Below are positions 55,581-64,000 of a DNA stretch of 64,000 nt, in pieces. Below the pieces are notes generated by a model. It made no database searches. It had not been told where the DNA came from and saw only the letters and a program-made list of their open reading frames with translations. The DNA is from Eledone cirrhosa. Its lineage: Eukaryota. Made by a program: the position numbers and the translations under genes. The stretch lies in assembly GCA_964016885.1 (NCBI GenBank), contig OZ024740.1, positions 373,612,001-373,676,000 of the forward strand, written 5' to 3'. Within the stretch, counting starts at the first letter, position 1; every line of letters begins with the position of its first letter.

Positions 55581-55647
55581 TTTTATTATGCGCATTTCAA
55601 AAACAAACATCATCATGCAATAATATTTGTGTTTTCATCAGATAAAA
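55581..55647 (-). ncRNA. Type I hammerhead ribozyme (family J), intact core
   Basis: Reverse complement of 55769-55835. Confidence 0.8.
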
Positions 55648-55768
55648 CAGGAGGACATGATAAGAAGGCCAACAAACACTTGTGGATAGTGTAGTTTTAA
55701 ATCAACATATGTTGATTTAAAACTGCACTATCCACAAGTGTTTTTAGCCTTCTTATCATGTCCTCCTG

Positions 55769-55835
55769 TTTTATCTGATGAAAACACAAATATTATTGCA
55801 TGATGATGTTTGTTTTTGAAATGCGCATAATAAAA
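55769..55835 (+). ncRNA. Type I hammerhead ribozyme (family J), intact core
   Basis: ttttat-CTGATGA-aaacacaaata..tgtttgttttt-GAA-ATGCGCAT-A-ataaaa. Confidence 0.8.
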
Positions 55836-55868
55836 TACATGGAACTCCTTTAACCATCTTTTGATCTC

Positions 55869-55924
<56 letters not shown>

Positions 55925-55929
<5 letters not shown>

Positions 55930-56125
55930 ATAATAATAAATGTGAAGACTAAAATCCGAGGAGGGCTCGATAAGGATAACATATATATAATATATATATA
56001 TATAAACCATAGAGCAAACATTTATTAAAATGACAGATTATAGTTGAAACAAAGAATCTCTGCTTTCACACTTAATGGGATCTTCTGAAACCAGCGATTG
56101 TTTGCTTAATCTGTTATCTTCATAT
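55925..56125. repeat. Family L fragment
   Basis: Matches 39113-39260 (partly inverted) and 2691-2760. Confidence 0.6.
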
Positions 56126-56130
56126 TATAT

Positions 56131-56735
56131 AGGAAAAAGTATGACACCGACGGCAGAGCTCAAGCCGTTTCGACGGCTATTTCTGGACTAAATTAGAATT
56201 TTTAGTCTGGTAAATCAAAACCCTAACTTTTCAAAGGGGCACTTCCTTATATGGGAATATTGTAATTGTCAAGATGAATGGTCAAAATTTGTTGTAAACA
56301 CAAATAATTCTATCATGGCAGTGGGAGGCTGAACTTGCCGGTAGAACAATCAGGGAGTGGGTGTAGCCGGTGAGGCGTTGAAAGTGAAATCTATACAACA
56401 AATTCGAAGAATTGTGAATGAAAGAGGAGATAGGCGAAAAAAGGTTTCTGGAAAAAATAGAGGAGGGACGTTATAGAATGGGTAAATTAATTGAGATTAG
56501 GAGACAATAAAAAAAATACCACAACTCCTTCGTTATACATATATATAACGAAGGGAATGTGGTAAGGAACAAGGTGGACCATAACGCACCAAAGTACTCA
56601 ATACTTAGGGTAGTAGAGTGGGTAGTAGGAACGAGTAGCACCCCGACGGCTGAGCTCAAGCCGTTTCGACGGCTAATTCTGGTCCAGAATTAGCCGTCGA
56701 AACAGCTTGAGCTCAGCCGTCGGGGTCCTACTCGT

Positions 56736-56740
<5 letters not shown>
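56131..56740. mobile_element. Two family A insertions (56131-56541 and 56547-56740)
   Basis: The first carries the only complete family A HHR plus an inverted tip. The second ends in a hairpin (56641-56725) with a 1-nt loop. Confidence 0.75.
56143..56240 (-). ncRNA. Hammerhead ribozyme family A, U3-A8 core, long helix II, extended helix III
   Basis: Minus: gcccct-TTGAAAA-g..gactaaa/tttagtc..c-GAA-ACGGC ttgagctct GCCGT-C-ggtgtc. Other family copies have ggggtc here. Confidence 0.65.
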
Positions 56741-56802
<62 letters not shown>

Positions 56803-56959
56803 TTGGTGCTCTGAAATAGCGATATATATATGAATGTATATATAGTATATTTTGCAATACACTGTTTGCTTAAATAAAAGCATTTCCAAGATCTTATGCT
56901 ATTGTTTTAGAGTAGTGACAGTCTCACTTACTCTAAATTTTCAGCAAACATGGGAGATA

Positions 56960-57006
56960 CAACTGACGGAGCTCTGTTTCGTACTTTCTGGTACTTATCA
57001 AAGCTA
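56960..57006 (-). ncRNA. Type I hammerhead ribozyme, U3-A8 core, intact
   Basis: Minus: tagct-TTGATAA-gtac cagaaa gtac-GAA-ACAGAGCTCCGT-C-agttg. Confidence 0.8.
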
Positions 57007-57279
57007 AGTACTCCTCCTGTTTGCTGAAAATCATGAATGTTTGATTCTTATAGAATTCTAGTAATAATCAGGAACCGACTATACAGAGCGATTGCATGTC
57101 GAGCAGAAATTGAAAATTAGAATTGGTGCTCTCAAATGGCGATATTTATATGAATGTATATATAGTGTATTTTGCAATACATTGTATGGTTAATTAAAGC
57201 ATTTCGAAGACCTTATGCTATTGTATTAGAGTAATGACAGTCTCACTTACATTAAATGTTCAGCAATCAGGGGAGATAA

Positions 57280-57325
57280 AGCTGACAGAGCTCTGTTTCG
57301 TACTTTTTGGTACTTAACAAAGCTA
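57280..57325 (-). ncRNA. Hammerhead ribozyme, second unit (A6U in core, perfect helix III palindrome)
   Basis: Minus: agct-TTGTTAA-gtac caaaaa gtac-GAA-ACAGAGCTCTGT-C-agct. Confidence 0.65.
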
Positions 57326-58114
57326 AGTACACCACCTGTTTGCTGAAAATCATGAATGTTAGATTATTATAGAGTTCTAGTAATAATATCTATATATCTA
57401 TATAGGGTAAGCTTGATCGGACGAGCTCGAAGAAAACGATTTCGGGTGCTACCCGTTGCGAGTAGTGAATATTCCGTTTTCAAGACGGGTACGTGCCGGT
57501 TTACCCTATGCGATGTGGAATGTCTCCGCCTCGAACGACATGCCGCCCAGAACTCGTCCGCCCCGCCTGCACAAGGGCGGTCGCCCAGTATGGCCTCAGC
57601 CGGATGGCTGAAACATGTGAAAAAGAAAAAAAAAATATATATATATATGCAAAAGTTCTATTTAAATTGTTGGGATACAACAAGCAAATATTTTTATAAC
57701 TGATATAAAGCAGTCAACAAGTATTTGGAGTAAACATACGATAGGAACAAATGGAAACTATATTTATAAAACCATATTTATTTCATTATACATATTTCAA
57801 GGACACCAAGTTAAATTATGGTGTGCTTTCATCACACAAAATATAATATAGATCAGTTTTATAAATAGATGTTGACATACCCTTAAAACATTCAACCATT
57901 ACTGTTGGAAGCTCCCGGATAGTGGAGTTGTTTACTTATATTCTTATTAGTATTGGATATTCTTATTTTTAAAATAAGCTGTTGGGTTCAAATATTGAGA
58001 TCAATACATTAAAAATTGGGATCTATACATTAAGAAATCCATATATTGCTAGATAACTACATATCAAATAACACGTATACACACGCAAAAATACATATAA
58101 ATATATTTACACAC

Positions 58115-58560
58115 TTATAAAATACATAACATATCTATTGTATGGTTATTCTCTATTTCTCCTTTTAGATTAAGGTAATTAAAAAATTGTATAATTTGTT
58201 TTCTTTTTCTATTTAGTTCACAGTTATTATTTTCTATAAGTAAAAGCATGTTGTCACGATATAAACCACTGGTTATCTCGGGTATTGTTCTATGTATAGA
58301 ATTAATTATAAATAGGCCCACAAGATCCGTTACCTGCGCGGAATCGGAAGATCCCATAGTTATGTCGAAATTATTATTTCTATCTGCCCTATTCCTGAGT
58401 TGGTTATTAAATTCTGATAATATAATGTAGATTCCATTGCTAGTTATGTCTGTATGTTTAAATGCGTAAGTTAATACCTTATTCAGTAGATTAGGATTGA
58501 TAGATGAGTAATAGTTAGCAATATACAACTGAATAAACTTATTATTATAGTTAAATTTAA
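58115..58560 (-). pseudogene. PLE reverse transcriptase fragment
   Basis: IANYYSSIN, FDITMGSSDSAQVTDLVGLF, GLYRDN. Confidence 0.8.
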
Positions 58561-58619
58561 TTTATTTAAACTAATCGATAACTTCACTAGTTCCCTTTCA
58601 TAATTTTAAATAAGATAAA

Positions 58620-59272
58620 TTAGATAAATTCTTAATTATTGCTAAACTTTTTTTAAAGCTCTTGACAAATGCTTCCCTAGAACACATAGATATTACTCAA
58701 TTTTTAATAGACATACTACACCATTAACTTATTCTTCCACCAAATATTTAGCGCAAAATATTAATAGAATTAATAATAGAAATTTAAAACCTAACCAACA
58801 CACCAATAATAACCTAAGCAATATTCAATCTGAAAAATGTAACTGTAGAAATAAATCTATCTCTCCCTTAAATAACAATTGCTTAGCTAAAAATGTAGTA
58901 TATAATTGTAATGTAAACACTAATTTAAATTCATTTAATTATGTGGAATCTACTTCCACAGAGTTTAAATCCCGCTTCAATAATCATAAAAATTATTTTA
59001 CAGATCCAAACAAACAATCTTCAACTTCTCTATCTAGCCTATTGTGGGACCTAAAACTAAAGAACGTTGAATATTCGTTGATTTGGAATATTATTTCAAA
59101 AGCTACTCCTTTTAAGTACTCTTCAGAAAATTGCGATCTTTGTATAGAGGAAATATTCTTTATATTAAAGACCAACAATTCCCTGAACGTAAGGAATAAG
59201 TTATTCAGTTGCTGCAGACATAGATTAAACTCAACGTTCAATATAAATATAAATTTAAAATGTAGTATATAA
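58620..59272 (+). pseudogene. PLE linker + GIY-YIG endonuclease fragment
   Basis: DKCFPRTHRYYSIFNRHT..CNCRNK..CLAKNVVY..FKSRFNNH..LSSLLWDLK..CDLCIEE..CRH. Confidence 0.82.
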
Positions 59273-60992
59273 TTAATTAATTAATTTTATTAATATATGA
59301 AACCTGTCGATAAATCATTAGATTCCTTCATCTTTTTTGACTGATTATACACGCAAGTAAAAATAACTTTTCTTCCTAGATATAAATAAATATAAATATA
59401 ATAAACTATTCTAGAGAAATATATTGAGTGCTCTTGAAAGGAGAAAATATTTCCTATTTCTTATTTTTTTTATTTTGTTTTATTGTTTTCTTATTGTTCT
59501 GATAGCTTCTCCTATGTTCGAATGTTTATCCTTTCAAAGTTTTCAGTTAAATATACGTGAGATAAATTTCTATACAAAATCTATTAAACATACTATTATT
59601 TTGAAATAACTTAAAATATTCTATAATATTTTAAAATTGTATTGCTTTTAAAGTTATATTGCTTATAATTATATTTCCAAATTGTAATATAATCCTTTTG
59701 TATTTCATGTACTCAATTATACTATGTACTGTATTGATGTATACTTCTCTCAATATGTGAGTATACATGTATATGTGTGTATTGACATACATGTACATAT
59801 GTTCTATGCGTTTTTATGAATGTATGTCTGTCTCTATGTATATTTATGCGTGATGCGTATCTACCTATTGGCTGAGGGTACACACACATGTATATATATA
59901 TGTGAGAATTGTGTATATACATGTGCGTGTATATCCATACAATTTGATTGCACTTATGTATAGTGATTATCCCAATGATTCCTGGCAGATAGACATATAA
60001 TTAACAGCCATAAATACATAACAGGTAATCTTATAAAACTTATATAAAAAATGTTGTTTAATAACATAAAGTGTGTATAACATAACATTTCCTTTAATAT
60101 CTTAACAATTATAACATTTTAAAAATTCCTATATCTTAAATTAAATTAAAGAATCCTTTATGCTTTGTGTGTATATATTATATACGTAGTTATATATGTT
60201 ATGTATTTTATAAGTAGGTATATATATTTATATGTATGTTTGCGTGTGTATACGTGTTATGTGATATGTAGTTCTCTAGCAATATATGGATTTCTCAATG
60301 TATAGATCCCAATTTTTAATATATTGATCTCAATTTTTAAATGAATAACTAAACATCTAATCATATTTAAACAATGATTAATTTCTCATATTATATATGT
60401 ATATTCCATTCATGATTATTAACATTTCTAATTTTATTTATTCAATTCATCTCAATTGTTAAGTTAACTCAACAAGATATGACTTAGTGTTTTCGTTCTC
60501 TCCCCTGCAGTCTGTCTCCTCTCTCTATATATATGTCTTTCTTTCTCTTTTGGTTTGGTCTCTCTCGCTTTTCTTTCTCTCTCTCTTTTTCTTTCTCTGT
60601 AACCCAACGGCTTATTTTAAAAATAAAAATATCCAATTCTAATAATAATATAAGTAAACAACTCCACTATCCGGAGCTTCCAACAGTAATGGTTGACATT
60701 TTTAAGGGTAAGTCCATATTTATTTATAAAACTGATCTATATTATATTTTGTCTCATGAAAGCACACCATAATTTAACTTGGTTCCTTGAAATATGTATA
60801 ATGAAATAAATATGGTTTTATAAATATAGTTACCATTTGTTAATATCGTATATATATATATATACATATATATACATGTTTGTATGTGTGTGTGTGTGTG
60901 TCTGTATATACACATATTTATAAACATTTATATATACATACATTTCTATATATATATATATGTATATATATATATACATATATATACATGTT

Positions 60993-61028
<36 letters not shown>

Positions 61029-61094
61029 TGTATATACACATATTTATAAACATGTATATATATATATATACATACATTTCTATATATATATATG

Positions 61095-61216
<122 letters not shown>

Positions 61217-61839
61217 TGTGTATGTGTGTATGTGAAGGTGACAGTAACATAGCCAAGCCAAATAACGTACGCTAGGTCCACCATATTTAAATTAACAAAC
61301 GAGCCCACATGTTTGCAATCTATAATTATGAAAACAATATACGTCGTACACAAATGGAATAGATATGCAGGTAAGAATCCTAAATATGTCAAGCGTTAAA
61401 TAGTCTGAGAAAACAAGACTTGTGCTGGTCAAAACCACATATAAGTCTATAATTAGATTGTCATGAGATTCAAAGTTTAAGGGAATACAATCATATGTAA
61501 AGATTTATGACACACAATATGATATAGTCGTGTGTAATATTATTTTAAAAACCTATGTATACAGTAAATACATTTGAGTATACCTAATGATATGTGAGAA
61601 TGTAAAAAAAAAATATTGGTAAATAACTGCACATATACATATATAATTCCGTTGCCCAGCAGACAACTATTTATTAATTTCAACAACGTCAGTATTCCGT
61701 GTGTCATAATTATCGATTATCATTGGTTCATAGGTTTCAAATGACTCCACCCACCTAAACGACGCCAAACTGAAATTAATATGCATAATGCCAACGAAGG
61801 AGTGAGAGGGGAGATTATGAAAGCTGTGTTCAATAATTA

Positions 61840-62502
61840 TTAACATGTGTGCGTTGGTATGTACGTGCGCGTATGTTTTGTGTGTCTGCGTGCGTGCAGC
61901 GTTCCACAGAAAATAAAAACTACAAAAGGTGTGAGTGTGTGCGTGTGTAAGTTTGAGTGCGTTTGCGCGTTTCCATGCATATATATGTGTGTGGGGTTCC
62001 ACAATCGCCACGCAGTTTATCTGTCTGTGTGCAGTCTGTCAGTCTAATATACACAGAGTTATGAACGGAGTAAACAGGGACCTTTCTTTAAATTGACGGA
62101 CATCTTTTATATTTATTATTGTGTCATTTTTTATACAGTATGTAAATGTGTCAGTGTAGAGACATGTGTGTGTGTGATGTGTGTGGAAATAAGAGGGGAA
62201 GGAAAGCAATAACTATTAACATGAGTGCGTGTGCGTGTGCATGTATATGCACGTATGATTATGTGTGTGTGCGTGCGTGCAGCGTTCCACAGAAAGTAAA
62301 AACTATCAACATGTGTGAGTGTGTGTGTGTGTAAGTTTGCATGCGTGTGCGCGTGTCCATGCCTGTATGTGTGTGGCGATCCAGTTTATCTGTCTGTGTG
62401 CCTGTCTATCGGTCTAACATACATATAGTTTTGAAGGGAGTAAATAAGGACATTTTTTTTACATTGACGGACATCTTTTATATTTATTATTGTGTCATTT
62501 TT
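61840..62502 (+). repeat. ~375-bp tandem duplication upstream of the Helitron ORF
   Basis: gcagcgttccacagaaa..gtttatctgtctgtgtgc..ttgacggacatctttt..tgtgtcattttt occurs twice. Confidence 0.75.
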
Positions 62503-62508
62503 TGACAA

Positions 62509-64000
62509 TTGCTTGAAATGAATACTGATAATAAAAGCAATTCGATTTTATCAAACAGTGAACTACAGCGGCGACGGCGTGCAGCCAGCAATGAAGAAAA
62601 ACGGGCCGAACAGCGCCATCGGAACGCCGAACTTCAGAATGAAGAGGAGCTGGCTGAACACGCAATGAAACACTGGAGCAAAGCAGCGACGGCGTGCTGC
62701 GATGGTTGAAGACAAACTGGCTGAGCATCATCAGCAAATGGCCAGAATTCAGCAGCAACCGCGTGCTGTGATGGATGAAGAAGAGCTGGCTGAACAGCGC
62801 CAGCGTAATACAGAAGTTCAGAGAATGTGTCGCCAAAGTGCTCCTCATTCCAGTAAAGAGGCCAGAAGGCGAATGAATGATATTAAAAATGGATCATGGC
62901 AACCGTGTCATTTTCGGATTGGTGGACGAGCAGAGTTTCCACATTGTGGAGCATTGCTTTGGAGGCACGAAAAGACGTGTACGACAATGTGTGGTAATAA
63001 ACGAGCAGTTCAACTAGAACCCCTTCGAATGCCGGATAATGAGGAGTCACCGGAGTTTTAAATACTTATTATGTGGGATGATCAAGGAGACTGGGGTAGA
63101 TTACTGCGCAAATATTCGCGGCAACTTAACAATTTATTAGCTTTAGCATCGCAGAGAGTTAGTGAGATGTTTGAGAGTGGAGCATGGCAACCGAATGTAG
63201 TCATTCAAGGCCGTTTGTATCATTGTATCGGTAATTTAGAAGTTACCCCAGGAGAAATTTACGTTAACGATCTAGATTATAGTGAATCGGAGGAGGATAT
63301 CAGCATCGGTTGGATGAAGTTGCCGGGAAATATGACTGAACTTGAACGGCGAAGGTTAAGTGATTTGATCCGTGATTTGCAATCATGGCTTAGACAGTGT
63401 AATCCTTATGTTATGGATTTCATGTTGGTGGCTGAACTGCAAAATGTTCAGCAGCAAACATTGGTGATTAAAGCTGACACAGTGCCAAGGAATCAACACG
63501 AACGCGATATAATGCCCCTGAACGATTTCGTGAAATTGCTGTGTTGATGGACGATAAGCCTGGATCGAGAGATATCGTCCTCAATTGCAGAGATGGTGGT
63601 CTAAACACTATCAATGAGTCAAATAGGACATACGATCCATTGCATTATCTTCATTTATCCCCAAAAGGTGAAAATGGATGGAACATGTCTGCTCATTTAG
63701 ATGATCATGAGAATTAGCATCAACAGTGAGGTGGCAATAGACACAATAATTCGATTCGCAACTTTTGCACGTTCCATTTGAACGAGAGGAATCAACAGAG
63801 AAATGCGCTATTTCAAGCCAGCAGATTGTTCCAGGAATACTGTTGTATGGCATTCGCAAAGATCGAAAATCAAAGGCTAAATTGTATAATAATATACAGG
63901 ATGCGATAACAGCCGATGATGCCAATTAAAAGCAAATTGGTCGAAGCATTATTTTGTCATTGGCGGCCCAAGATATATGAACATTCGCTATCAGGATCCA
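62509..64000 (+). pseudogene. Helitron Rep/helicase N-terminal region, degraded, runs off the window
   Basis: Charged repeat N-terminus, HCGALLW, RQLNNLLALAS, IQGRLYHCIGNL, NPYV, RDIVL, YDPLHY, RLFQEY, KIENQRL, GGPRYM..YQD. Confidence 0.88.

Larger units (their letters stand above)
55453..55870. mobile_element. Family J PLE-like spacerless palindrome
   Basis: 55549-55708 and 55709-55867 form near-perfect inverted arms with centre caacat|atgttg. Confidence 0.85.
56797..57387 (-). mobile_element. Retrozyme-like non-coding tandem repeat (~320-bp unit, ~1.85 copies, one HHR per unit)
   Basis: 56797-57069 is repeated at 57117-57387. HHRs at 56960 and 57280. No ORF. TA-rich flanks. Confidence 0.75.
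57700..60842. mobile_element. Two-headed PLE (Nematis-like): inverted pLTRs, minus-strand RT relic, plus-strand EN
   Basis: 57748-58090 is inverted relative to 60238-60842. Degenerate HHRs at 57779-57843 (-) and 60745-60808 (+). Confidence 0.8.

Overview
AT-rich, microsatellite-dense animal genomic DNA. The SINE families and repeat landscape are most consistent with an octopod cephalopod (inference from remembered repeat sequences). I found no host protein-coding gene, and most ORF-track entries are microsatellite artefacts. The window is almost entirely mobile DNA: (1) R4/Dong-type non-LTR retrotransposons (RT plus restriction-like endonuclease) chained inside (AAT)n, including one near-full-length disabled copy; (2) at least ten families of Penelope-like elements (PLEs) or their pseudo-LTR remnants inserted in (TA)n, usually as 'two-headed' inverted structures, with RT and GIY-YIG fragments; (3) about 20 hand-folded type I hammerhead ribozyme (HHR) motifs, several with intact cores, U3-A8 core variants, family-specific palindromic helix III and unusually long helix II; (4) a non-coding ~320-bp tandem repeat with one HHR per unit, which is a retrozyme-like circRNA candidate (56797-57387); (5) tRNA-derived SINEs, a hAT deletion derivative with an 8-bp TSD, Helitrons, and RTE/CR1/Tc1 relics. 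All RNA folds and translations were done by eye. Family letters are my own labels.
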